From Ophelia neglecta (taxonomy: Eukaryota): a DNA stretch of 64,000 nucleotides. The notes beneath the pieces were generated by a model that ran no database searches, had not been told where the DNA came from, and was given only the letters and a program-made list of their open reading frames with translations. Of this stretch, positions 25,830 to 40,600 are shown piece after piece. Made by a program: the position numbers and the translations under genes. Position 1 is the first letter of the stretch. Each line of letters starts with the position of its first letter. The stretch covers positions 61,504,001 through 61,568,000 of the forward strand of contig OZ260664.1 of the NCBI GenBank assembly GCA_965285935.1. Reading direction: 5' to 3'.

Positions 25830-27950
25830 CTACAAAAAGACGCATTGTGCTAGTATCACTCCCTACTACCCCTGTTCCACGGAATAATCGACTTGTCGTA
25901 TCTTTTCATATTCTTAACCAGGGAGATAAATGTCGTACCACCTTTGCTTCTATATCTTTCCAGACACAGCGACATCCTCTGTCTATATTGATATACGCGT
26001 CAAGAATTTCAAATGCTGTGTGTACCCCATTAGCTGGTTTTCTTCATATTCTCCAGCCGAATGTTTCTTGCAGTCTTTCCAACTTCGCATGGATAATTAA
26101 TTGTAAATTACACTCATATTTTCTGCATTAGGCATTAGACTGAGCTATTCCCACGGTGCCTATTTAGTTAGTATCTTTGAAGACTTCAATTATCTTGTCC
26201 ACAATCAATTATGTTCAAATAAGTGATCTGGAAGAATAATGACATTCCGAAACGGAAGGAGATTTTTTTCTAAAGAACAGCCTGGATGACGCATATCGGA
26301 CGAATGTAGACTTCAATGCAGTCTCTTGCACAATAAAAGCTTAAAAATTAAATGTTTAAAAAAATAAAATAAAATGCCATTGAATAATAGTCGTCTTGCC
26401 AATTCTTCCGGCGGACCTCTCCAGAGCGCGCCACTTGTACGATTTGACCCCCAATAAGCAACTATGCTAGGTCTGTGTGCTTACAAGTGTGCAAAGACAC
26501 TGTCGATTGAGCTCTCTCTATATGGCATTATATGACTCCTAATGACTCTTGAAATGTTGAAGACATCATCCTAAAAGACATTCCGCAGCGATCGCAAGTT
26601 ATATGCAAGGGGACTATTAGCAAAAATTGCATAGTTTTTGGAAAAACCAAAAATAACATGGAAATTCACATTCATTGGAAATTTGCCATGGCCATGGAAT
26701 TAAAAACAAAACATTCCGTAGAAGTGAAGACGTTTATGTACAGATCTTAGCCTATAATGTGAGAATGAATAACCCCTTGCCTGAGTGAAGATACTGTTGA
26801 TTGTTGTAACCCCTTTGGTTGGTGTCACTTTGGTGTTGGTGTACAGCGGTCGGTTTTTTTGTGTTGATCTGATTATTGCTCGGATCACCCTCCCTCCTCG
26901 GAGTTGGTTTCTTTAATTTTATTATTTGCTTTATATTAAGTTTTAATTTTTCTTCAGGACATTTTTGATAATGAGGAGCTAGCTATCGCTTCATAAGTTC
27001 ATAAAGTTACGGGTTTTCAATTAGTGGTGACATATTTTTCATTTATGCTATTTTTTGCCTAATATGGCTCATTTGTAACTATACGGTCACAATAATGTTA
27101 TATAATTAGGTTTAGTTTTTTTGTAACGTTTATAAATATAAGGTCCGTTCCATTAAAGAAAATTAAGATATTTGTGATATTTAGTAGTAAATAATACCCA
27201 TTTACATTTAGAAGTCCTTAAAACAGGAAAACTATACCTGGCTTACCTCCATTTTAAAATTTGGCTTTCAGGTCAGGCTATATAGGCCTACGTTTAAAAC
27301 TGCTTACTCGATGATTCCTGGTTTTGTATCGCACCACAATATTTAAAAAAGTCTATTTTAAACAAAGGCAGGTGTAATACTATTTAAACGGCATTCATCA
27401 AATACAGGTGTAGAAATATCTCTGCCATTCTCAGGTCTGATGAACAATCCCGATAGGGCATGTCAGGTCTGGTAGTTCTGGTGGATAATTGCCATAGCCA
27501 CCTGATCAAGGTTTATGTTGTCCCTGGGAGACCACAAATCAGCGACCACAGCGTTTTTGTTTCGTGCTTCCTCGACCGTTATCGGTGAGGTAATCTTCCT
27601 CCCTTCGGCAAACCCTTCTCCAGGGAGCAGTGCCAAATAAATCCTCGCCAGTTTACCTCGAACTTCATCGAAAAGGCCGCCCGCCGCTCCAATAACCGTA
27701 TGATTTCCATTTCTTCGCCATTGATCAGTATCCATCTCTCCCAAATTGTATTGGCTTTCTGTCAGACTGGGCTCGGTTGGATTGCCCTTCCCCCTTTAAT
27801 TCCGAGACAATAATTGGTGTATATCCTTCAACAGAACCGCTGTAAAAAAGGCACCGATAGAAATGCCATGAAAAAACCCATTCCGGCAAAAGAATGACGG
27901 AGCGCTCTTGTCCCAAAAAATAAACACTAAAATAGCCTATATAGACTCCT
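25830..27950 (-). pseudogene. Decayed GT32 paralogue (exon 1 clear, exon 2 weak)
   Basis: Hydrophobic TM-like stretch; GLFDEVRGKLARI (~DVFNGLRGKLRGI); IVHQT*E at 27428-27448 (~IIHQTWE); then SVFAHL (~GVFADL) and SYKW..PPEELARRLLF near 26390-26490. Confidence 0.75.
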
Positions 27951-28399
27951 ATATTATTGTTAGAAGAACCCCAAGACCAGCAATTACACATTTATAATGA
28001 CAGTGTTCAGTGTTCATTGGAATGTAAAAATATATCTAGAGGAATCAATATCTGTGTGATGTCAAAATTAGTATATTGAATATTGAGGTCATGAAGAATA
28101 AATAAATAAATAAATAAATAAAAGAAGATGGAAAACCAATATAACAAGCCAACCGGAAGTGGATCATTGTTTTTTGATGAAAGAAGGAAGCGATTGGTAT
28201 GACAAGTCGCCAACTCAATGACTGTTTACTGGTTAGTAGCAAATTATCATTAACCGCTTGGCGGTGGGTGATCCAGGTTCATCTTACCCACATAGGTTGT
28301 CAATACTTGTTAAAACGTGGCTGACATTGCTCCAATAAATAAAAGGTGTTTTTGATAAAAGTGGAACAATACGAACTTATATATCACATAGAAGAAAGG

Positions 28400-29400
28400 A
28401 GCATATAGTAGGAATAAAGGTGGTCCTATATGATCTTTCCTTTTTAGATCTCTCTGCCCGGACACAGTGGGACTTAAAAAGGTACCAAATGTTTACCTGG
28501 ATGCCCCTGTGTTGTGCTGTCCGTCCGACAAGGCTCTGGGCTCTGCCCTCTGTTTTACGTGTACGTACAAACTTTATTCACCAACACCACGGCCTATTGG
28601 TCCATGAATGATCCTGCTGATCACCCTCAGGTGTATTTGACAATAAAAACCAGATAATCCGGATAATCCTGAACAATATTACCGAGCCGAGTCGAGACTC
28701 ATCCTGCCATCAGTTTCAATGGCTTGGGCACCTGTGCTGTTAAAATGGGACCCTGCCTGCAAGGTACCAAGGTATTATGTTGGATCCACGCAATAATGTC
28801 TGTGCGTTCACACGGTAACACCATTGAAATGCTTAGGCTTACTTCTAAGAAAATATTACCTTTAAGACAGTCGCTAATGCCAAACCGCTGACGTAGCAAA
28901 TTAGTTGGTAAACTACGTAAGAACAGCAAGGCTAAAAAATATATTCATTGTAAATCCCTATTGTCTGGATGTGCCTGCATGTGCTCAGAGGTTTCAGCTG
29001 GTACCGAATCACGCATCGAGGTTAATAACTCTGACCCAGCCGGAGACAGTATCAGTCCACAGCTTGGCCATCAACACTGGCTCCCAATAAGCTATCAGAT
29101 TCAATTTACGATATGAACCATTGTCCGTGAATGCCTCCGTGGTAATACTCCAGCATGCTTGGTCGATCTGCTGAGGGTTATACTGGTGCTAGGCTGTTGA
29201 AATCAGACCTTGTCTGTCTCCTGCATCAGCCCTGATCCTGTGTGAGTACTGAGCACTGGTAACAAAACTTCTAAAATCTATGTGCCAGGCTTGTGAAATG
29301 GACTGGCTGATAGGATTAAATCAGTAAACAGTTCTCCTCCTGGTTACAATAGGATTTGGAGCACACTTGTTTCATCTGGCTTTTAAAAGTATAAAATGAA
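28400..29400 (+). mobile_element. Degenerate L2/CR1-type LINE, RT core to ORF2 C-terminus
   Basis: VRQGSGLCPLFYVY (~GVPQGSVLGPLLF), ADHPQVYL (~YADDTQLY), FQLVPNHASRLIT, ISPQLGHQHWLPISYQIQF. Frameshifted. Confidence 0.85.
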
Positions 29401-30199
29401 GTCCAATATAGGTTTTATTTGACTAAAACTGTTTATAATTGGTAGTCTTGCTCGCTGGGTTAGAAGGTACGGATACATTTAGCAAGGTTAATAACTACAC
29501 CGACCCCCGATAAGGCATTGGTTCCAATTTTTAAAAAAATCAGCCATTGTTCATGAATGCCCAGTAGCATCCTTCGCAGATAGTTTAACTAAGTAATTGA
29601 GAAAAACTCCCAACAAGGTCATTACAAGAAACACAATAAAACAGATTATAACAGATAATAAGAGGTTCAAACAGGATGTCGGGCAACTCCGAATTTGATA
29701 TATTTATGGTAACTAAAATCAGTCCCCAGATATGTCTTAGTTATATGAACTTAACCAAAATCGCACAAAATATGAACACCAATTATCTCTGAATTTATTT
29801 TGATAAGGTTACACATTATGTTTTATGCTCTCAATGGCGGCGAAACTGGGCGAACAATTGCGCTCACAAAACAACCTACAGTTCCAAGAAAATAACTAAT
29901 GGTACGTTAAATATAAACTAGTATGCAAGGGCTCAGAGTGACACAACTTATAATATTATGTTCTGTATAGCTTTTCCTTTTTTGGTATTTTAGTAACATA
30001 ACCTAGTGCATGATGTAACGAACTCAAGTTAATGTGACTCATCGTAAAAAATGAAATTTCACGCTATTATTATTTTTAATATTATAACATGGCATTAAAT
30101 GAATTAAATGCTAGAGTCGTTGCTTACTTGGAAAGCCAACTGTTTTGAGGAAGTCCACAATTTTCTCCCTGTGCCAGGCAACAATAATATTACAGTTTT

Positions 30200-30950
30200 G
30201 GTGGGGACATGTGAAAGGGTTTAGAGTAACTACTAACTTTTTTATGTTTCAGTGACCCGATATATGATTTCAATATACTCATAGCCTTATGTATAAATTG
30301 AATGAATGGAGGCGAGAAACAAGTAACAGGTCATGGGCGGTCATGTCCTATTTCAGTACTCTCCTGATTGAAACCTTGTCTGAAAATTACAAACTCAAAA
30401 TGTACAGCGCCAATATTTTCTCTAGCTACATTGTAATAATTCGTTCTTTCTTGCAAACAGGGAATTGCATCTTTATCGAGAGATAAAGGAAAAAGAAAGC
30501 AACAACTTAATCACAGCGTCGTTTGAAACAAACACATAGGCAATGGACAAGACCCGTTAACAAGCCTATCAATAATGTGTATCATACAGAGGGGATAATC
30601 AAAACCTTTCCTGCAACAGTCCGTCTATGACTACACTTATAGTTGGACAGAAACCGCCTCTCTCCGAGCCTATATTAACGCAGTGGAGACGATGTTAAAT
30701 GGTAATCATAGAGGACAGAGGGTGAATCACCAATGCACTGTCCTCCTGGCGAGAGGTCATGCTCAGTAATCATTACGATAGATGGGATTTCCGTTAATGG
30801 CTGTTGGCGTTTGGTCGGAATTGTTCTTTGTGTGATACGATAACTAGGTTGTCGTTGACCTACAGACTTGGACTTGGTGCACCCAATCTTGCCCTAGATT
30901 GATATGTTTCTCTTTCCACTAGCACCTCTGCTCCTCAAGGGTTAATCAGG
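30200..30950 (-). pseudogene. Decayed GT32 paralogue
   Basis: DY*A*P.ARRTVH (~EYWFWT..SRHMIH); LS.YD.PFNI at 30692-30718 (~LSTYADYPYNI). Confidence 0.55.
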
Positions 30951-31710
30951 CAATTTTCGAGTATAGTTATAGATCATTGCCTTTCTAGAACGAGTGCTCT
31001 TAGACGTCCTACTTGATTGACTTTATAGATAAACATTGTGAATGTTGGAATTATTCTGTTTTGCGCAATTTGTGCTTGAAAGGAATGGTAATTTAAAATA
31101 TAAGATTAAGGTGTTTTATTTTCACATGATAACATGAATTATAAAGAATGACACAAATGTGCTGAATGACAAAAGACATTTATAACGCTTGTATTTCATT
31201 GAATCAAACCTTATAGGATTGACTTTTTTCTGTAGTGAATACGTTTTAAGATTCATTATAAATTTAAATACTACAATTACAATCCAATACTTCATGAAGA
31301 TTCCACACTAAGGTTTATTTATATTTATTTGACATTCAAAAGAATATTTCGGCTTTGTTTCTCGTTTAACCTTGAGTAAAAATGGCATGAAACCAAGTAA
31401 CTATCATTATACTGAGATTTATTAAGGATCCTTTCTAATCACAAATCCACCGGGATGAATTGCCGGAAGAAAAAGGAAAATCTACTAATAAAAATATTGG
31501 ATTAGTTCGGTTCTAAATCATTCAGAATTGTCAGATGCAGACCCACAAAGATCAATCACCTTTCCATAATTGTACATTAGCTTTCAACACAATTAAGTTG
31601 AGGTAATTGATACATGTGTTTTCACCTGAGAAGAAGTCAACGGTTTCCTTTGATTTGATTGTGAGGTTTGTCATTGGTCGGGATCGTCACTTGTCCAAAG
31701 GGGCAAAAAT

Positions 31711-31762
31711 AAGTTTTGAAAACCACGTAAAACCCCAAACAACAACAACAACAACAACAACC
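31711..31762 (+). mobile_element. SINE 3' end with (AAC)n tail
   Basis: aagttttgaaaaccacgtaaaaccccaaac(aac)n matches the end of the 12364 copy (aagttttgaagccacgtaaaactcaaaat). Confidence 0.55.
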
Positions 31763-31999
31763 AAAGAGGCAAACATGCTATGTATATGTAGCACGACACG
31801 CAAAATACTACGGATAAAATTAGTTGGAACACAGTATCAGTGACACATAAGAACAAGAAGAAAAGTACGTAATTATGTGATCGCATGTAAAACATGTAAA
31901 ATATTGGGTTGTATTTTAGGACGAGACGCTTTCATGCGAAAGCCTATTTGCCAGCTTATCTGCATCAAGATATCCTAATTGTTCCAAAATTGATTTTCA

Positions 32000-33050
32000 G
32001 CAAATGAAACTATTGTAGTATGACATCTATGGCCAGCAAATTGTGGCTTCATCCATGTGTATATTGTTTGAAAGTATAATGATGTCCCTTAAGCATCTTT
32101 GATATTTTGAAAAAGGATTGTGCCTTCGTCTTCGTTAGTTGACACTTTTTCCCTTCACTTTGGGTAAAATATCAGGCCGATACATCTTGTTCGTTTCATC
32201 ATTTCTTGCCAGGTGTTTTTTACAGGCGAACTCAATTTCTGTTCCATTAGACAAAAAGTCGAAAAGACGTCTATTTGCAGACATGTTTTACACATGTTTG
32301 TCAATGGAACTTGAACCCAAATCAAAATAAAATGTCATTCATCTTCATTGCAAACATTATGTTAGTTGAGGGAAGTAGAAACATTTCGCCCAACGCATTC
32401 AAACCCCGTCGTTGGCTTATAACTGGGAAGCAAACCAAGATCTAACAGTCGAGCCTGGGTGTTAAAAGCTTTTATATGTGAAGAGGAAAACTGGTTCCTA
32501 ATGTAACTCAGTGTTTGTTATTATAAAGGCATCTCGAGAACAGACGATAGATTGTTAATGCTTGTGCATCACCACCCTTGGTATTCCAGCGGAATTATCT
32601 GTTGATCAACTGATTAAAAATAGCAACACCTTGTCAATTTAACAAAGTTAATCACTTAAGGAAACGTGTTTTTTCCTGATTAACGATCCACACACGCAGG
32701 AAGGAGGCCACTTTTTTTTAAAACCCAGGACATTGGTAGAATCGATTGTCTCTACTGTGATGCAGATTTATCAGACAGACATCAGTTTACGGGACATATA
32801 TGGTATCTATTTATATGCTCCCTTTTTGAAAAAAAATGTTAGTCTGATCGAAAATTCTAGAGGGTGCTAGGTTTTTTTTACCATCAACTGCGTCTGCCAA
32901 AGATCTGAATCTGAACTGCCAACATGGGACAGCAAGTTTCGTTGACAGGTTTGTCTTCGAAACAGCCTCGACAACATAATGATAATCAATATGTGCAGGT
33001 TCAAAACAGCACAAGTTTCTGCTATGGACATTCAATTTTGCAATATATCA
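32000..33050 (-). pseudogene. Possible decayed GT32 paralogue
   Basis: PSRIFDQT (32841-32864, ~IPRIIHQT) and NALGEMFL (32376-32399, ~KSTGPMFL) in the correct order. Confidence 0.45.
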
Positions 33051-34399
33051 AATAACTTCCTTCTCTAATATGAACATATTCTTTTAGCGCAAACTCGTCT
33101 AATACGAATGAGTTAATGGTGATTGGGTTAAGCTTCGTCTGTCGGTTTATTATGTTATAATTATTTGGCTAGTAGTTTACCACAGGCTGTAAAACGCAGT
33201 TGTTTAGGCGTTTTCGTTTGTGTAGATGAATGTTTGTAGTAAAAGAATCAAATGACGTTGTAACTACCGGGCCGATTGTATGAAAGTATTCCCGTACTCA
33301 TAATGACCTACAAACAAAGGAACTACGATAAAGTCATTTAGGATATTTAGTAGACAACGAACACTTTATCAAACTTTCTGTGGTTATAATATAAACATAA
33401 AAACAAAATCAGTGTCTTTAAAAGAGATGGTATCGTTAAACGAAATGAGATCTGGTTTATTATTGGCACTGAACTGGAAATTGTATCTTATTAAATATAG
33501 TCCCCGCCTAAAGGTGCCTTGTCCACAAATGCATAGCAGGTGCCCCGTCATTGTTATAAGATTACGATTGGCACTTCAAGGTCATGACTTGCCTGCAGGT
33601 AGCTCCACGGCCGTGTATCTCGGTGACATTCGTTCCTTCTTCTCACCTTTTGTTGTTACCTACTCTCTTGGGCTCGAGTGAGATAACATCAAGTACAGCT
33701 GACCAGCTGATGTGCATGGTATGACTCACTGCCCTAGGCAGCACTGAAGATTTGCCTCTATATAAACACGAGCAGACTTTTGCAGGCAAGGGTTAAATCT
33801 GTAAGTGCCACACTGTATCTTGACTCAAATGCCACGAATATTGATTTACTCTTGTTCCAGGCTAACCGTCCTCGATTGCTTTCATGGATAGTGGTGTTAA
33901 CAGGAAATCAACCTGTTCCCAACTAATTATCTCACTGATCCGAACAAATTTGATGCGTGCACAGGGAGATTCGTAGGACCGAATTTCCTAGGCGGTATCG
34001 CAACTGGCCATTTCGGATCTACGAATCTACTGTTACTCGTCCATTCTCTACCATAGAAGCTTCTTACACCTTTTGATAAAATTCAATATGATCAAAAAAA
34101 AGGTCGATCTTTGTCTATCAGCAACATTTTTCTATAAAACGACGAAACAAAACGGCAGATAGCGTAGCTAGATCTGACCAATCTGCTATGGAAATTTCCT
34201 CCGGTTGGTGCTGATGGCATTTATTTTCGTACTGACTTTTCGGTTTTGACCTAAAAGGATATAGATACTATGAAAATGCTTTATCGTTGATAAATAGTCG
34301 GAGCAAGTCGGACGTGAGAGCATAAAGTGGAATTGTGCGTTTCGCGTAATGCAGCAAATGGTGTCAGTGTGTTTGTTGTTATATTAATAGACACAAACG

Positions 34400-34870
34400 A
34401 CATCGAGGCTTCAGGAGGATTACAGGAAGTTTGTGATACCCTTAAACCACTCGCTGGTCTGCGGATTAATCCCATTTGAAGATTGACAAGACAAAGTGGC
34501 ATAGTGCTATTTTAGTGCTTTACACGCTGAATAGAGAAATAGTGATAGAGAGCAAGTACAAGGAGGATTTACCTGGTTATCCAAGGCATGAAATAAATTG
34601 GCTGTAAAACACGGGAGTGGACATAAGGCAGACAAGGCACCATCCTCAATGAAGAGTAGTCCATGAAATCGGTCAGAAATCAACAGGAACCAGCAGACGT
34701 GCACAGGCCCACCCACATCAATACCTCAATCCCCACTTCCCAAATAGCAAATAAGTTGTTATGCAAATAATAACAATGAAAACATTAATTGATATTATTT
34801 GTAATAAGGAGGGTAAAGATGATATTCATGGAATACTCCAAATAATGCCACGCCCTGAAGGTATTTCGGG
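34400..34870 (+). pseudogene. Decayed GT32 paralogue, cut by a SINE
   Basis: KHG....AD, QEPADVH (34684), IANKLL..KH*LILFVIRR (~KHPFLKFVID). Nucleotide similarity to 41560-41690 and to the reverse complement of 56100-56215. Confidence 0.6.
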
Positions 34871-34882
34871 GGTAGTATCAGG

Positions 34883-35036
34883 ACTGGTCAACCCGGTGTC
34901 AGTATAATGTGACTGGGGCGGGTTCCCTGTCTGGTGTCTACGGCAGGTACTCCAGTGATGCAGCACTCTAAAGAGGGCATTGGGCCCACTGTCAAAAGTA
35001 GGCACCGTGGTGATATGACCGATAAGTGTTGAAAAC
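34883..35036 (+). mobile_element. Second copy of the same SINE
   Basis: Direct similarity to 12364-12540. Confidence 0.7.
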
Positions 35037-35309
35037 CCTCATGGAAATAAGTCTCCTGAGACATTTCTTGCGTTTCCTGCCATATAGTAATATAGATACA
35101 GGAGATAACCTGTGTCAGATGTCAGATTGATAGTCCTGTACTACATAGTTTGGTTAACCTTCTGTATTTACATTATTTGTGTATATTTTATGAGGCAAGA
35201 ACCAATCATTCAATCAGTAATCAGATGACCAAACTGAATTAAACCCTAAAGAATTGAATGAATCCTCGAGACTCAATTAACGGTTTCTGCGTGGATTGCC
35301 GACACATAC

Positions 35310-35700
35310 AGGTCATCACATATCACTCGATAATCATAATACGGAACGTTCCGGATAACTACATTTCTACATCTACTGTCGATAAGAACAATGTCTACTA
35401 CGATCATTAAGAAATCATTATCATTTCTGCCTTGCATTGAGCAATGCCGAATTAACCTTCTGTGCAGAATGACGAATTTTCCGTGTGTAATGAATAGGCC
35501 ATTACTCCATGGAGCGATATCAGCAAAACAACCCAATTAACTCTGGTTCCAATTCCATGGTACAGCTGGTTTTCTAATTCTAGCTGACAGCAATTGCTCA
35601 AAGCAGACTTCCCAATACACCATCCACAGTAAATGAAGTGCGTGGACAGTCAGGGTATCATTTACTCATTTGAATATGGTTTAAATGTTAAAAATCCTTA
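35310..35700 (+). pseudogene. 5' part of a decayed GT32 paralogue
   Basis: Similar to the reverse complement of 56400-56630. HI.R.I (~IPRII); WFSNSS*QQLLKADFP (~WTDRGSRHMIHDNFP). Confidence 0.5.
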
Positions 35701-35749
35701 ATCGTTTGTGTGACATTCAATAATAAATAATCAAGCTTATAAGATAACA

Positions 35750-36500
35750 AGGTTACAGGATTGGCGAATTATAGTTGTCATGAATGATTGCGCAAGGGCT
35801 TATGTTAATTTTGGGCTTAACTTTGATATCAATCTATCTGGGTGTTTATACTTATCCAATGGTAGGTTGCTGCTGGCAGCTACGGATTGAAAGGGAATTG
35901 TAATGTGTTTAAAGTGCCTTAATCGGTAGTCTTGTTGTCTCTCCCAGGGAAAGATTCCGTCTGGAGAAGAAAAAAACTTGGCCAGTTTGTTATTACCAAT
36001 TAAATTTAGCTGATAAAATAAAACAGAGTGTTGGCCTTCAACATTAGAATAACAAGCAGGACTTCCTAGCCTATTGTTCAACTCACGAGTCAGTGGTGGT
36101 CCTCTTATAACTGATTGGAAATTATAACAGGAGTCCAGGCGAGGAATAGGATTAATTACAAACAGTTTATTATTCTTAAGCTTAATAGACTGTGATTTAT
36201 CGTCCTGATCAATCAAAGCTGCAGGGGTAGATTAAATTATGCCATAATGTTTGAGCCAGATAAGCAGAATTATAACAACGTGGACGATTGAGGCAAACAG
36301 AGGCCGCGAAACCCTCTACGATTTCATTGCTGGTAATTTCTAGATTCTTCCAGTTGGCTTACCATGCGTTATATAAGCACCGGCACGGGTTTTCTAAACG
36401 GTCACCTCAGTCCAAGAGCCTAACATCAGTCAGTCGAGATGAAATAAAAGAACCACCAGCAGTTCGGCAATGACAAGCAGATTTTCATCACTATCGATTT
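35750..36500 (-). pseudogene. Decayed GT32 paralogue
   Basis: HLD*....SWTE (~HPDWEYWFWTD); LKHYGII* at 36232-36255 (~LYxYGGIY); SVIRGPPLT; FFSSPDGIFP. Confidence 0.6.
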
Positions 36501-36899
36501 GTTTTGCAACTGTTGTTTTCTTGCACTTTAATTGGTTCGATGTCTTCATTAGTCCTTACATAAACATCTTTTATTAAGCAAGTCGGTGTCCGCTCAAAGT
36601 TGCACAAAGCTTTCCGACGGACTGAACGAACCTGAACGGATGTCGCCTGATAGGCTAAGGAACGCATTGACCGAACGAGAATATGACAAGAAACGCATAT
36701 TTACGAAGACGAACGGATTGAAAATTTTGCTCCCCGTCGAACGTCCGGTAAGGCCATCCAGCAGGGTGAGACTGTACCATATTGCTTAACCGTTGACATT
36801 TTGAGCATTAGGCCTACTGTACGGTTTAACCGATATGATGCTCGCGAAGAAGTACTTAAGTTCGAGATCCAATATCAAGGGACTTTAATTACACGGTGT

Positions 36900-38000
36900 T
36901 CACATTTACTGCTGAAAAAACCGTCTAAATCAGTACCAACTATAGACAACAAACTAGTTTTTTGGGAATTCAATTAGCATTGCAAAGAGCTGATCAATGC
37001 AAAATGCGATATAAAATTAGCACTCCGATACATGTGGTTCATTAACAAATACATTGTCGAGCGGCATTCATTCTATTCTAGGGACAAACACTGTATTTCA
37101 ATAACTCTGCTTCTTGATATTTCCCTTTCTCCTCGCCCTTGAGCCCGCCCATTTAACCTTGCCAGTCTAGAGTACTTCACCAGAGGCTATGGACCTTGGA
37201 GAACCAATTTCAGAAGATAAACGGAATGTTATGAGGCCATTGATGCCAGACATTTGCCTGTCACGTTAAGGCGTTATTGGAATGCCAAATGGTCACGGTA
37301 CTTGGATTTATACCCATGATTTCTTTATACATTATGATTGATGATTCATGCAATATAGTATTTGCGGGATAATCACATCGTTTTTGAGTTCTTCCAATGC
37401 TCACATGCACAAAGTCAGATCGCGAATCGGTTTTACCGCTGTAGAAAAAGTAAATTAATTCCTAGCCATACACAGGGCTCTTAACGGCATTCATACATAA
37501 CAAGTTTTTACCCAGTAAGTGTCGTCTGCCTTTGTAGCCGTAAACATCTTTGTCATCCTATATTGATTATTTTTGTCTTTTTGTCCATGACTGGGATCTT
37601 CGGCTTATTGTAAAACTATATATATTGTCGGCGTCTGGTTCACCAGAGGTTTCCCTGACGTCGCACAGAGACATAAACACTTCACTCACCTTGCCACGGG
37701 TAGCTCTCCAGAGTTTATTAGCACATACATCCAACAAGTTTGTTGATCTTGGTACGTCACAGAACCCGCCTTCTTCACTGACGAGCAAGACCACTTACGT
37801 CCTTGCTCGTTCACGTGAATGGCGAACATATTTTTTTTTTTATCTGTATTTCCATGCTTAAGCAAATAACAAGAAGATTTAAAGCGTATGTATATGACAA
37901 CAAATAATTGTACAATAATCTTTGTACCCGCAGATATTCCCCAGACAAAACGAGATTTGAATGTCATTATAATTGGACAGTCGGGTGTCGTTACAATGAA
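36900..38000 (-). pseudogene. Decayed GT32 paralogue with TM and stem
   Basis: Hydrophobic IIVQLFVVIYI; LWRATRGKVSEV (~RGKLRGI); KIINIG* followed directly by YWVKT (~HWVQS); DYPAN...IMY..GI. Confidence 0.65.
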
Positions 38001-38399
38001 TTGTCGCACACGTGAACAAAACCGAGACTGTATTTTAGACAATGAACCGGTGTAGGAATAGACGCAGGTGTAACTGAAATAAAAGAGCACATCCCCCAAA
38101 TAAAATACGAAACTGACAGCACGGGAAGCAGGAAAAGACTTCATTGGACTGTTATGTGCTATAACCAATGGGGGCCTGAGTGTCAAGAACATACGTCATA
38201 CGTTTGGTACAACCTAACACCGCTTGACTCCTGAATGGTACATGAGACCTCTAGAGGAAGGAGACTGCGCTTCTTTGAGGCTTATATGGCAAAGGAATCA
38301 GAAGACGCCGTTAGGTTGTACATATGTAAGGGGTGGAAAGCCCCGATTTTATTTCATAAGCCAAAACATTCTTTTTTACACTACATGCTGGACATGAGA

Positions 38400-39300
38400 A
38401 TAATAATGGTTTATTGTCCTGAGATATATTGTTACATTGAAACATGACATCACAACATAGTTTGACGATGATATCAACGGTGATATAACCAAATCCAAAA
38501 CTTAATATATACTAACTATAAACCAGATTGACAAATTTCAGAGAAGGTAGCAGAAGCTCTAGCTCATTTCCCTCATTACAATTTGTCAAAAGCCATTTTA
38601 AGGTGCCAATACAAAGAGAATAATAAAAATAAAACAGCAATATCAATGCGTTGCCTCACAATGGTTGATTGTTTCTTAAATTGTTGATTGAAGAATATCG
38701 GTAGAATGCATCATAAACATTTTGACACCATGCTTAAAGGCTGGCATTGGTTTCATGCCACTGAAGTTCCAAACTACACTTGGCTCTCAGACGAGGTCGT
38801 GTAGGTCACGGAGGTGTGTGGCTTCATCATAGTTGACATTATATTTGCGTTCGATGAAATTTTCAAAGTCAATGAGACAATACCTCGGAATCAGGCGGCA
38901 TATATACGTTTGTCACTTGTAAGTCATACAGCGCGAGACTTGAATAACCGAAATTAAAGTCGTACATGAAAAGCCAAACTTTTAGCCTGTAGAACCCAGG
39001 CTTACCCACCGCAAGAGTACCATCTAGACAAGGCTTTCAAATTCTCCTGAGGATCTGTGCCTTTCACACTCGCAGTACGGCATTGATATGTGGCCTTCAA
39101 ACGTGACCATATAACTTGTGTTCCTCATATTGATAGCATTTCTCCCCGAGTATTCCAAAGAGGCCTAAATAAAAGGTTAACTTATGTTCCAAAGCGTAAT
39201 TCTTGTTTACAAATGGACAGCTAAATTCAAGCGGTAGAAAAAAAACCCAGTTAAACGAATCTCATTGCCCATGAATCTTCCTTGTGCTCCATTTGCTGTG
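38400..39300 (-). pseudogene. Decayed GT32 paralogue
   Basis: LALYD...IYAA; HTSVTY (38801-38818, compare HTSVHY in the 52.5 kb relic); VA*NQCQPL (~MACRPKHPF). Confidence 0.55.
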
Positions 39301-39599
39301 TTATGAAACTCTGTCTGAATTTCTGTTCAATCCTGTCGGATGAAATTGGACATAGTGTCATCCAGAACCAACCTAAAGTGGTTTTCGGCGCAAGCATACA
39401 TTCGCTTACGCGATTCTATCGTTTTTACATTGTTTGAAATATCCCTTAACAAAGTATAATACTATAAAGGAAATTTCAGACATTAGTCTTAAGAATCTTT
39501 TTTTACACTAATACTGCTTTCTATTGTGGCACTTCTAAGGAAAAAATAAAAGCTCACCGGCCGGGCCTCTTGAAATAATTGGTGGGCATATGAATTAAT

Positions 39600-40600
39600 T
39601 TCATAACAATTGGATTATTACAACAACCGTTTCTGTCTACTCAGTTTGCTAAACACAAGGGGGTGGGGTGGAGGTGGGAAGTGGGGGGCGCTTTAGGTTG
39701 ACATACTCGTCTTTTATGACCTGTTTGAAAATAAATATCCGCATGTTATGACTAAAAGTATCTGGATCGTAAAGCAGTTTTGTTTGTTTGAACAACTGCC
39801 CAGGCAGCGATTTTTCTCCGACAAATAAAGGCTGTGCCTGTGTCACCTCAATCTCGATAACTATCATTTATCCAAACAAATATTACCGAACATTTTGGCG
39901 TCTCATAGTTGTTCCTCCCAAACATTTTTCCAAAATTTATTATCAGAGCTCCAAGTTACATTTATATATTTACTAACAATATTGATGCCACTTTATTTCT
40001 TACTGTCATCAACAGAACCAACCTTTGTGCTGTCAACTCTCCGATCTTAAAGCCACACTTGGGTAATTTGAAGCACTAGATACGAAAAGAGGGAAATCTA
40101 CAACTGGTCTTTTATTGAATTTAAGAATAACTCAATTTGTAAAATGGATTTTCCTAGTTGTAAAGGAATATGATGTTGCTTCTGTGTCCTAACAGGATTG
40201 GCATTCATGAAGGGATCTTGAGAAAGCAGACGACAACTTGTAGTTATTCAATCTCTGCAGTAGGCCTGCCTCACTAAATACTGTAAAGCTAAAGCAAGCA
40301 TGTGTACATTGTCTATAGCAGAATAATGATGACATATTATAAGCTGTATAATTATCTTTGAGGCGGAAGGAAATTTTTATGAGCAAGGAATACACACGAG
40401 ATAATTGGCTGAAACATCAATTGGAAATATAATGGCGCCACTTAGAGTATCGTTGAAGGCAAGTGGTCGCCCTAATGCATTGATGCCTTTAGTACCTCGG
40501 CCTGTATTTATAATTTTTTTTTATTATTCGGTCACATGAGGAAGTTTTCCGTAATTTCTACAAAATACATTTCGCTCCTTACGACATACACCTCACAGGA
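39600..40600 (-). pseudogene. Possible decayed GT32 paralogue
   Basis: LKDNY, THA..F.VF.EAG, SCRFPSFRI*CFKLPK (40058-40105). Confidence 0.4.

Noticed and set aside
35310-35620. Conserved cis-regulatory element shared with 56400-56630
   Set aside because: Translation fits decayed GT32 coding sequence (..LLKADFP ~ MIHDNFP), so it is better explained as a paralogue relic.
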